A DNA stretch of 36,752 nucleotides from a virus (taxonomy: Duplodnaviria; Caudoviricetes), in IMG/VR virus record IMGVR_UViG_3300037462_000147, positions 1-36,752 of that record. One strand, 5' to 3'. Under the pieces are notes generated by a model that was not told the origin of the DNA, made no database searches, and worked only from the letters and a program-made list of their open reading frames with translations. Shown piece by piece: positions 8,685 to 15,319 of this stretch; positions within the stretch are counted from its first letter, which is position 1, and every line of letters starts with the position of its first letter. The translations under genes were made by a program, and so were the position numbers.

Positions 8685-9223
8685 ACCGCCTCCCGCCGTG
8701 CATTGCGCCGCTCAATTGCGGCCTTGATGGGTTCTACGTATTTGTGCCCGCGTTCAACAAGGCTGCGCCCAATCTCCACCAAGCGCGGGTCGCGTTTGTC
8801 GATCAGCTCGGCAACCGCATTCGCAGCAGCCCATCCCTTCGGCTCGCGCGCCCAGCGCAAGAAATCGTAGCCGGGCTGGGTGTGATCCATTGCGGCGGCC
8901 ATCTCGCGCACCTTGCCTGCTAGTTCTTGGGCCTTAGCACGGTCCATCGGAGGGGCTGGGAGTGCAGGCGGCTTCGGCGGTTTGTACTGTCGGCAGATTT
9001 CGCGGAACTGCAGCGCGGTCGGGGCGTGATCGATCGGCAGATTGGCCAGCCCGTACTTAATGGCCTCTGCGTTTTCGCAGAATCCGCCAAGCACCTCACT
9101 CCAGTCGTCCTCCAGCATCTGCGGATCGACGTTGGCGTAGAGGCGTGCAAACCGCTCGCCATAGGTCAGGTGCAGTTTTGCAAGGATTCGCTTTGTCCAG
9201 TCCGACGGCAGGCGCTTAAACAT
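8681..9223 (-). CDS. Replication protein P-like helicase loader
   Basis: RI..KL...YG.RF...W...LGGF...I.YGL.NLP...PTALQFREIC..PALP pattern, downstream of an O-like gene. Confidence 0.7.
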   Translation of the reverse strand: MFKRLPSDWTKRILAKLHLTYGERFARLYANVDPQMLEDDWSEVLGGFCENAEAIKYGLANLPIDHAPTALQFREICRQYKPPKPPALPAPPMDRAKAQELAGKVREMAAAMDHTQPGYDFLRWAREPKGWAAANAVAELIDKRDPRLVEIGRSLVERGHKYVEPIKAAIERRNARREAV

Positions 9224-9446
9224 CCTTCGCCTCCCACAGGCGCCCACGCATGCCGCAAGGCGTAAACCACTTCCGCCCGCGCTCATTGCGGCAGTCAGTG
9301 CTTGAATGAGGCTGCGGAGAAGACAACGCCCAATTGTCCCGAGCGTTCACCTTCGGGTGATAACACATCAACAACCAAGGGCTGTCAGGCGGTGAGCCTG
9401 AGTGCCGACAGTCTCGGCAAAAATTGGGCAGTTCCGTCTTAAACAT
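9216..9446 (-). CDS. Small Cys-rich (Zn-binding) protein inserted between O-like and P-like genes
   Basis: CRDCRH...C.HP...C..ER...CG..G.LWE; flanked by a 10-bp direct repeat. Confidence 0.65.
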   Translation of the reverse strand: MFKTELPNFCRDCRHSGSPPDSPWLLMCYHPKVNARDNWALSSPQPHSSTDCRNERGRKWFTPCGMRGRLWEAKDV

Positions 9447-9849
9447 CAATGATCTCCCGCGCGTTCAAATGCTCTTTGAGCCGTGCAATGAAGTTCGGGC
9501 GCTCAGAAACCCTGGGAGCAGCCCTCTCTGTGTAATACCCAGCCCATCCCTTCTCTGCACAGATCGCCACAGCCTCGGCGGGCGTTTTCCCGTCGTTTGC
9601 AGCATCTCGGCAGAACCGATCCCAGGCGGTTGGGGTCAGAGGCAGACGCTTGGCCTTGCGCGCGCGGAGCCAGTCAGCCCAAGCCTGCTCACTGACGCCC
9701 TCAGGGCGTGAAACCGTGGACGATTTTGACCGGCTGCGCTCTACAGCTACAGCGGCGTCCCAGCATCGGCGCAGCCTGCGATCCTCCGCGCTGTCATCCG
9801 ACGGATGGTACGTCGGGCGCTCTGTTTTCATCCACTCATCAAACGTCAT
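9439..9849 (-). CDS. Replication initiator (O-like) C-terminal domain only
   Basis: PEGVSEQAWADWL.ARKAK..PLT..A.....GW.G resembles C-terminal domains of lambdoid initiators; only 136 aa, with no N-terminal HTH. Confidence 0.65.
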   Translation of the reverse strand: MTFDEWMKTERPTYHPSDDSAEDRRLRRCWDAAVAVERSRSKSSTVSRPEGVSEQAWADWLRARKAKRLPLTPTAWDRFCRDAANDGKTPAEAVAICAEKGWAGYYTERAAPRVSERPNFIARLKEHLNAREIIDV

Positions 9850-9877
9850 TTTGACCCCGAGAAATCTGTTTGTTAGA

Positions 9878-10189
9878 TCAAGCCCTCTGCATCAACTTTT
9901 CACGACTTGCTTTGATTGCCGCCACAAGCTCGCTGTAGTCGCGCGGCTTGGGCTTCGGACGCCCCTGCAGCTCTAGGCGCAAATGTCTTGGGATCACCTT
10001 GTTGCCGCGAGCGCTGTTGCAGGGCTTGCAAGCCAAGCGGTAGTTGTCAACCCTGTCTTTGCCGCCCTTGCTTTTAGGCTGCAAATGATCAACAGAAGCC
10101 GTGCCTCGCGTTAGCAGGCAAGCGCACATCCAGCATTTTCTCGGCTTTTCTCCCGCAAACTTGCGATCCAAATACTCTTGGGGGCTCAT
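9878..10189 (-). CDS. HNH endonuclease
   Basis: CWMC...VDHLQPKSKGG.D..DNYRLAC.PCN..RGN; GGAG RBS before ATG 10189. Confidence 0.9.
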   Translation of the reverse strand: MSPQEYLDRKFAGEKPRKCWMCACLLTRGTASVDHLQPKSKGGKDRVDNYRLACKPCNSARGNKVIPRHLRLELQGRPKPKPRDYSELVAAIKASREKLMQRA

Positions 10190-10247
10190 GGTTTCTCCAA
10201 AACAAGATCCGCCACTTGTTTGCCCAGACTTCGGCGGCTGACCCTGC

Positions 10248-10598
10248 TCAACCGTCACTTGTACTGTCTGGCAATGGGTTCTCATCAAACCGCACCGCTT
10301 TTATGGTCGGCCTACCCTCAAGCATTGCCCTCATCAGTCGATGCCGCCCATCCATTAACTCGCCGTCCTCGTCTAAGATAATCGGCTTTTCAAGGTCGGC
10401 AGACTGGACGGCCTTCATGTGCATGACCATCTCACGCAGAGTGATTTTTTCGTATGTGTAGTACAGGCTCAGATGACTGAGCGGAACATCCATTACAGGC
10501 AAGTCTCGCGAAAGCTCAAATAAGCGGGCCACGCTCCAAGAATGACGCCCCAGCGAGCACATTTGTTGATGCGGAGAAAGCCAGTCTTTTATTTTCAT
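10248..10598 (-). CDS. ParB/Srx N-terminal-like domain protein
   Basis: ADLEKPIIL....LMDGRHRL..A..EG...I motif. Confidence 0.8.
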   Translation of the reverse strand: MKIKDWLSPHQQMCSLGRHSWSVARLFELSRDLPVMDVPLSHLSLYYTYEKITLREMVMHMKAVQSADLEKPIILDEDGELMDGRHRLMRAMLEGRPTIKAVRFDENPLPDSTSDG

Positions 10599-10687
10599 CT
10601 TTGCGTTAATCAATCTGTTTGTTAAGCCGCTGGGCACGTTCTTCCGAAATGGCAGCGCCGCACAGGGGCTTGCCGGTTAACTATGCG

Positions 10688-10933
10688 TTAGGCGCTAATC
10701 TGCTCGCGCACATCTTCAAGCTCGCGCTCTAGGCGGGCTACCTCAATCTCTAGGTCGGCCACTCTTTCCTCGGCATTCAACGCGCGGGCTATAGCATTCA
10801 CCAGCGAATCACGCAAAGCGCAGGTCTGAACCTTAATCGCATCGGCGGCAGCAGCCAGTGCCGCGTCAACATGAGGGCATGTCTCTTCGACCATTGCAAA
10901 CGCTTCTTTTTGTGCGTATCGGTTGTTCGCCAT
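10688..10933 (-). CDS. Hypothetical coiled-coil protein, cassette-like
   Basis: GAGG RBS; flanked on the minus strand by TTAGGC upstream and GCCTAAC overlapping its stop. Confidence 0.7.
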   Translation of the reverse strand: MANNRYAQKEAFAMVEETCPHVDAALAAAADAIKVQTCALRDSLVNAIARALNAEERVADLEIEVARLERELEDVREQISA

Positions 10934-10958
10934 TGTTTCCTCGCTTCTCGTTGCGCGC

Positions 10959-11012
10959 GCCTAAAATTCCGCTTAATCGGACCGAGTACGGCCAGTTATC
11001 TCAGACTTAAGA
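10959..11012 (-). other. Degenerate integron attC-like imperfect inverted repeat
   Basis: Minus strand TCTTAAG-tctgaga-TAACTGG-ccgtactcggt-CCGATTA-agcggaat-TTTAGGC, 54 bp, following the R''/L''/L'/R' layout with non-consensus cores. Confidence 0.45.
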
Positions 11013-11024
11013 CCCTTCACACGC

Positions 11025-11222
11025 TCACCGAATGAACGCCCTTCGGCGCAATACCTGCGCATCGTCTACTGGCTTGAAGTCCGCAGTGCGATGGCAAGCG
11101 TGATTGAACGGAAATGCGCGGGCACGGCCTACAGGCGTGTTGTCAGCCTTGCAAGTGCCCAAGCCGTAAATGGCCTCTTGGCGGTTGACGCTGGCCCATT
11201 GCTGGCACTCAACGCAGGTCAT
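11025..11222 (-). CDS. Small Cys-rich hypothetical protein
   Basis: GGAG RBS; CVECQQW...G.C...C. Confidence 0.65.
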   Translation of the reverse strand: MTCVECQQWASVNRQEAIYGLGTCKADNTPVGRARAFPFNHACHRTADFKPVDDAQVLRRRAFIR

Positions 11223-11237
11223 ATTTGCTCCATTGTG

Positions 11238-11332
11238 TCAGCCTGCTTACGCGCTGGTAAGCGCGGCTCGGGGAAGCTGCAAACAGGCTGAGAGAATGGT
11301 CCCGGCTGCCCGTGGTACGCGGGCCGGGGCAA
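11238..11332 (-). promoter_or_regulatory. Intergenic two-domain RNA structure in the early leftward transcript
   Basis: 13-bp stem UCAGCCUGUUUGC/GUAAGCAGGCUGA (two G-U pairs only on the minus strand) enclosing two hairpins, preceded by a GC-rich hairpin. Confidence 0.45.
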
Positions 11333-11374
11333 CGCGGAGACGCTGCACGGGCTACAGAGGAGGTCATTAAAAAA

Positions 11375-11614
11375 TTAAAGGCCGCCGGCATCAGCGCAAC
11401 GTCCACTAGAGCCGCTTCCAAAGCCGCAACCCTCACCCGAGCCACAGCCATCACCAAAGCCAGAGCCAGAGCCGAATCCGTAGCCCTCACCAGATGATTC
11501 ACCACAGCCAAAGCCAGAGCCGCAGCCCTCGCCCTCGCCAGACCCGCCGCCGTAGCCGTCGCCGTAGCCGGAGCCGAAGCCAAAGCCGTTAACAAACCGC
11601 TTACTTGTACTCAC
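11375..11614 (-). CDS. Gly-X dipeptide repeat protein (GFGFGSGYGDGYG...)
   Basis: Strict Gly-alternating frame; GTG start inferred, overlapping the end of the upstream gene. Confidence 0.55.
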   Translation of the reverse strand: MSTSKRFVNGFGFGSGYGDGYGGGSGEGEGCGSGFGCGESSGEGYGFGSGSGFGDGCGSGEGCGFGSGSSGRCADAGGL

Positions 11615-11963
11615 GGATTTGCGCCTCGACGCCGGGGCCAACGGGGATCAACTCACACACGCCGGTCAAGTAAATGAGCGGGTTCATCGAATCCACCTTG
11701 CATCCGGCCTGCATCCCGCTTTGCGCCACACCAGACAGCGCAATGCCGTTTTGGGCCTTCCAGCTCCAAAGGCGGCGGGAGTTTTCAAGGATCACATTCT
11801 CGCCGTCCACGGACACCACGCGGCCAGCATGGACGCCAGCAGCGTAGCAACGCGCAATGCAGAAAGTGCCGATAAACGGGTGCTTTTCGGTTGTCGGCTT
11901 GGCGGCCCCGAACATAGCCAAAATCTGCTTCAGGTCACCCAAGGTGATGTTGTCTGTACTCAT
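11601..11963 (-). CDS. DUF6948-like small beta-barrel phage protein
   Basis: IG.FCIARCY.AGVH.G.....GE.V.L..SRRLW.W....ALSGVA..G...ELIP pattern; GGAG RBS. Confidence 0.75.
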   Translation of the reverse strand: MSTDNITLGDLKQILAMFGAAKPTTEKHPFIGTFCIARCYAAGVHAGRVVSVDGENVILENSRRLWSWKAQNGIALSGVAQSGMQAGCKVDSMNPLIYLTGVCELIPVGPGVEAQIREYK

Positions 11964-11977
11964 GGTTTCTCCTGTCC

Positions 11978-12169
11978 TTACTTCACTCGAAAAGGCGCGC
12001 AGTCTTCATCGGCCTTCAGCTTGCCTTTGGTGATGCGCTCGATCTGCAGTTGCCGCAGCGCAGGCGGTCGGTCAGACCAGCTTCCGCTAATGGTGTGCTG
12101 CTTGATGCCGAGGGCTTCCGCCAGCTTCTGCTGGGTGCCGAAAAACTGAATCGCTTGTTGTTTCGTCAT
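11978..12169 (-). CDS. cro: Cro-family repressor (probably leaderless)
   Basis: MTKQQAIQFFGTQQKLAEALGI....IS.W....P..RQLQIE.IT.GKLKAD; ATG lies 7 nt after the -10 box. Confidence 0.9.
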   Translation of the reverse strand: MTKQQAIQFFGTQQKLAEALGIKQHTISGSWSDRPPALRQLQIERITKGKLKADEDCAPFRVK

Positions 12170-12175
12170 TGCGCT

Positions 12176-12219
12176 ATCGTACACACGACCGGCTGTTTGT
12201 GCAATTGATTGTCGCAATC
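12176..12219 (-). promoter_or_regulatory. Early sigma70 promoter for the cro operon with upstream palindromic operator
   Basis: TTGCAC (12204-12199), 17 bp, TACGAT (12181-12176); GATTG-N3-CAATC at 12207-12219. Confidence 0.8.
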
Positions 12220-12248
12220 GAAATATGCGCTTTGATAGAAAAAACTAC

Positions 12249-12277
12249 TTGACCGGGCCGCCGCACTGGGGTAACTT
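12249..12277 (+). promoter_or_regulatory. Sigma70 promoter in the PRM-like position driving the structured RNA
   Basis: TTGACC, 17 bp, TAACTT; A-tract UP-like element at 12236-12245. Confidence 0.75.
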
Positions 12278-12283
12278 ATGCGC

Positions 12284-12650
12284 GTCGATGCTGCCACGTC
12301 GGAGTCATAGAGCCCTCGCTCATGCGCTTACCCGAAAGGGGAATGGTGTGGCAGCACCAGAGCGCAGCAGCGAGGGCTTTTGCGTTTGAGCGTCAGGGCG
12401 CGCACGACAAAGCACATGGGCCTGCATGGGCCGCACCCACGAAACACACGCCAGCCGCTCACCACGGTCTAGGCGGAGCGGCCTGTCTGCGAGGGACCGC
12501 ACAAGACGCAGGTTCACGGGGTGGTAACCAAGCCTGCATCGATGAATCGCAGCCTCCGGGTTTGCTGGCCTTAGAGATACTAAGGTGGGCAGGGAATGGA
12601 GCATGGGCTCCACCCTTGGGGGATCTATTCTCTAAGCAATCCTAGGCTAT
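12284..12650 (+). ncRNA. Candidate highly structured ncRNA / RNA-based switch or origin element
   Basis: At least nine helices found by eye, a GAAA tetraloop, complementary loops CUGCCA/UGGCAG and G-U pairs favouring the plus strand; no credible ORF. Confidence 0.7.
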
Positions 12651-12665
12651 CGATTCTCAAGTGTT

Positions 12666-12708
12666 GATTGCAACAATCAATTGCAAGCATCGGAAGTGCG
12701 ATTACAAT
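12666..12708 (+). promoter_or_regulatory. Early rightward sigma70 promoter with the same operator
   Basis: TTGCAA (12681-86), 16 bp, TACAAT (12703-08); 12666-12685 is the reverse complement of 12200-12219 with one mismatch. Confidence 0.8.
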
Positions 12709-12740
12709 ACGGTCATTGCAGTAGCAACCACGGAGACGCA

Positions 12741-12917
12741 ATGACCCACCCTCAACTCTCACCCGCTGGACTGGCCATTGTGCGCGAAGCACAACGCCAG
12801 CACATCCAGCGCAATGCTGCCCGCCGTGCAGAACGACAGATACAGGAGCACTTCGGCCCGCGTGTGGTTTCGCTTGAGGTGCGCCGTTTCAACTCAGGCC
12901 GGAAGGTGACGGTATGA
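12741..12917 (+). CDS. Small basic protein, copy 1 of tandem duplication
   Basis: GGAG RBS; C-terminal [28 protein letters not shown] identical to copy 2. Confidence 0.75.
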   Translation: MTHPQLSPAGLAIVREAQRQHIQRNAARRAERQIQEHFGPRVVSLEVRRFNSGRKVTV

Positions 12918-13708
12918 GCAAGTGTCTTGTCGAGATCAAACACCGCTACACGGGTGCAGTGCTGTACGCGCACGAAACCACGGCAGAGCGGCAAGCAAGC
13001 GGCATGGCAATGCGCGACGCGCTGGAAGCGGCGTGTAAGGCGCGTGCCGACCTCGCGGATGCCAACCTCGCGCGTGCCAACCTCGCGGATGCCAACCTCG
13101 CGGATGCCAACCTCGCGCGTGCCAACCTCGCGGATGCCAACCTCGCGGATGCCGACCTCGTGGGTGCCGACCTCGCGGGTGCCAACCTCGCGCGTGCCGA
13201 CCTCGTGGGTGCCGACCTCGCGGGTGCCAACCTCGCGCGTGCCAACCTCGCGGATGCCAACCTCGCGGATGCCAACCTCGCGCGTGCCGACCTCGTGGGT
13301 GCCGACCTCGTGGGTGCCGACCTCGCGGGTGCCAACCTCGCGCGTGCCGACCTCGTGGGTGCCGACCTCGCGGGTGCCAAAAACGCCGATCTGGTCATTG
13401 CGCGCACGCGCATCCTGCCTGATGGTGACTTGATCGGCTGGAAAAAATGCCGCAATGACGTGATCGTCAAGCTGCGCATCCCGGCCGATGCCAAGCGCTC
13501 GCACGCTTTTGGCCGCAAGTGCCGTGCTGAGTTCGCCGATGTGCTGGAAATCATTGGCGCAAAAACCGCGATCAGCAAGCACGATGAATCGGTGATTTAC
13601 GCAGTCGGCCAGCGAGTGACCGCGCATGAATGGTGCGACAACTGGCAGGAAGAGTGTGCAGGCGGCATTCACTTCTTTATTACGCGCGCCGAAGCGGAGG
13701 CCTACTGA
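12914..13708 (+). CDS. Pentapeptide-repeat protein with C-terminal DUF5758-like domain, copy 1 (22 repeats)
   Basis: A(N/D)L(A/V)(D/G/R) x22, then [19 protein letters not shown]...RKCRA...[16 protein letters not shown]. Confidence 0.92.
   Translation: MSKCLVEIKHRYTGAVLYAHETTAERQASGMAMRDALEAACKARADLADANLARANLADANLADANLARANLADANLADADLVGADLAGANLARADLVGADLAGANLARANLADANLADANLARADLVGADLVGADLAGANLARADLVGADLAGAKNADLVIARTRILPDGDLIGWKKCRNDVIVKLRIPADAKRSHAFGRKCRAEFADVLEIIGAKTAISKHDESVIYAVGQRVTAHEWCDNWQEECAGGIHFFITRAEAEAY
13046..13375 (+). repeat. 15-bp tandem array, 22 units GCC-RAC-CTC-GYG-(GAT/GGT/CGT)
   Basis: Counted directly from the sequence. Confidence 0.95.
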
Positions 13709-13875
13709 TGACCCTCTCACCCCAAGGCACAGCAGCCATCAAGCAGGCCGTGCAGCAGCACATCGCACGGAACAACGCCCGCCGTACAGAGCGGCAGATA
13801 CAGGAGCACTTCGGCCCGCGTGTGGTTTCGCTTGAGGTGCGCCGTTTCAACTCAGGCCGGAAGGTGACGGTATGA
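13708..13875 (+). CDS. Small basic protein, copy 2
   Basis: TGATG coupling; paralogue of 12741-12917 with a diverged N-terminal half. Confidence 0.75.
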   Translation: MTLSPQGTAAIKQAVQQHIARNNARRTERQIQEHFGPRVVSLEVRRFNSGRKVTV

Positions 13876-14789
13876 ACAAGTGCATTGTTGAGATCAAGAA
13901 CCGCTACACGGGTGCAGTGCTGTACACGCACGAAACCACGGCAGAGCGGCAAGCAAGCGGCATGGCAATGCGCGATGCGCTAGAGGCGGCGTGTAAGGCG
14001 GATGCCAACCTCGCGGGTGCCTACCTCGCGGATGCCAACCTCGCGGATGCCTACCTCGCGGGTGCCAACCTCGCGGGTGCCTACCTCGCGCGTGCCAACC
14101 TCGCGGATGCCTACCTCGCGGGTGCCTACCTCGCGCGTGCCAACCTCGCGGATGCCTACCTCGCGGGTGCCTACCTCGCGCGTGCCAACCTCGCGGATGC
14201 CAACCTCGCGGATGCCTACCTCGCGGGTGCCTACCTCGCGGATGCCTACCTCGCGGGTGCCTACCTCGCGGATGCCAACCTCGCGGATGCCTACCTCGCG
14301 GGTGCCAACCTCGCGGGTGCCAACCTCGCGGATGCCTACCTCGCGGGTGCCTACCTCGCGGATGCCAACCTCGCGGATGCCGACCTCGTGGGTGCCGACC
14401 TCGCGGGTGCCTACCTCGCGGGTGCCAACCTCGCGCGTGCCAACCTCGCGGGTGCCAAAGGCGCTGATCTGGTCATTGCCCGCACGCGCATCCTGCCGGA
14501 CGGCGATCTGATCGGCTGGAAGAAATGCCGCAATGAAGTGATCGTCAAACTGCGCATCCCGGCCGATGCCAAGCGCTCGCACGCTTTTGGCCGCAAGTGC
14601 CGCGCTGAGTTTGCCGATGTGCTGGAAATCATTGGCGCAGAAACCGCGATCAGCCATCACGATGAATCGGTGATTTACGCGGCTGGCCAGCGAGTGACCG
14701 CGCATGAATGGTCTGACGATTGGCAACAGGAATGCGCGGGTGGCATCCACTTTTTTATCACTCGCGCCGAAGCGGAGGCTTACCAATGA
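13872..14789 (+). CDS. Pentapeptide-repeat protein with C-terminal DUF5758-like domain, copy 2 (30 repeats)
   Basis: A(N/Y/D)L(A/V)(D/G/R) x30 with the same flanking domains as copy 1. Confidence 0.92.
   Translation: MNKCIVEIKNRYTGAVLYTHETTAERQASGMAMRDALEAACKADANLAGAYLADANLADAYLAGANLAGAYLARANLADAYLAGAYLARANLADAYLAGAYLARANLADANLADAYLAGAYLADAYLAGAYLADANLADAYLAGANLAGANLADAYLAGAYLADANLADADLVGADLAGAYLAGANLARANLAGAKGADLVIARTRILPDGDLIGWKKCRNEVIVKLRIPADAKRSHAFGRKCRAEFADVLEIIGAETAISHHDESVIYAAGQRVTAHEWSDDWQQECAGGIHFFITRAEAEAYQ
14004..14453 (+). repeat. 15-bp tandem array, 30 units GCC-DAC-CTC-GYG-(GAT/GGT/CGT)
   Basis: Counted directly from the sequence. Confidence 0.95.
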
Positions 14790-15115
14790 CCCGCCTCTCC
14801 GACTTCGCCCATCGTTACACAGTAAGCGGGCATTTCTCGGTGGCTGAACGCATTGAAGAAGCTATCCAGCGCAGTTCTATTGATGCGATTGAGCTAGCGC
14901 TGGACGAGGAGGTCTTGCGCGTATGGGACTACCGCCTCGTCGCAAAGCTGCTCAAGGCGTGCGCTGGCGATGGGAATAGCCCCGCTGTTGTGCGCGCACT
15001 ACATGACCTGCTGAGCGAATCCAACACCGACAAGCTGGACCGGATCGTTGCTGACGAACTACTGAAAGCAGAGGCAGAGCGGGAGTATTCACGTTTTGAG
15101 GGGAGCATGCTGTGA
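14786..15115 (+). CDS. Hypothetical acidic helical protein
   Basis: ATGA coupling at 14786; fills the operon gap. Confidence 0.65.
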   Translation: MTRLSDFAHRYTVSGHFSVAERIEEAIQRSSIDAIELALDEEVLRVWDYRLVAKLLKACAGDGNSPAVVRALHDLLSESNTDKLDRIVADELLKAEAEREYSRFEGSML

Positions 15116-15309
15116 GCGGCCAAGACTTCAACAATCGAATCGACCGCGTGATTGCCCGTGTACCGCACGCATTCAAAGGCCCGCGCCTGCACACGGTCAA
15201 GGCCGGCCCGGCTGTCTCCCGCTGCGGTGGAGATCCTGACCGCATTGTGTGGCGCGGTGTGATCTTGGCTTGGGTGGCGTTTGCCGTCATTCTGTGGGCG
15301 ACAAAGTAA
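15112..15309 (+). CDS. Small protein with C-terminal TM helix
   Basis: GTGA coupling; IVWRGVILAWVAFAVILW. Confidence 0.6.
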   Translation: MSGQDFNNRIDRVIARVPHAFKGPRLHTVKAGPAVSRCGGDPDRIVWRGVILAWVAFAVILWATK

Positions 15310-15319
15310 CGGAGACAAC

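Noticed and set aside
12320-12645. ORFs 12322-12645 (+) and 12320-12613 (-) as a cI repressor
   Set aside because: No HTH or S24 peptidase motifs, no RBS, atypical composition; the region is better explained by RNA structure.
13046-14453. CRISPR array or diversity-generating retroelement TR/VR pair
   Set aside because: Units are contiguous with no spacers and no cas genes. No reverse transcriptase is present, and variation includes non-adenine positions (GCG/GTG, GGT/CGT).
12752-14786. Long alternative-frame ORFs with REVGT, MPTSR or ARLAS repeats
   Set aside because: Shadows of the stop-free 15-bp arrays; only the AxLxx frame has RBS/coupling and recognisable flanking domains.
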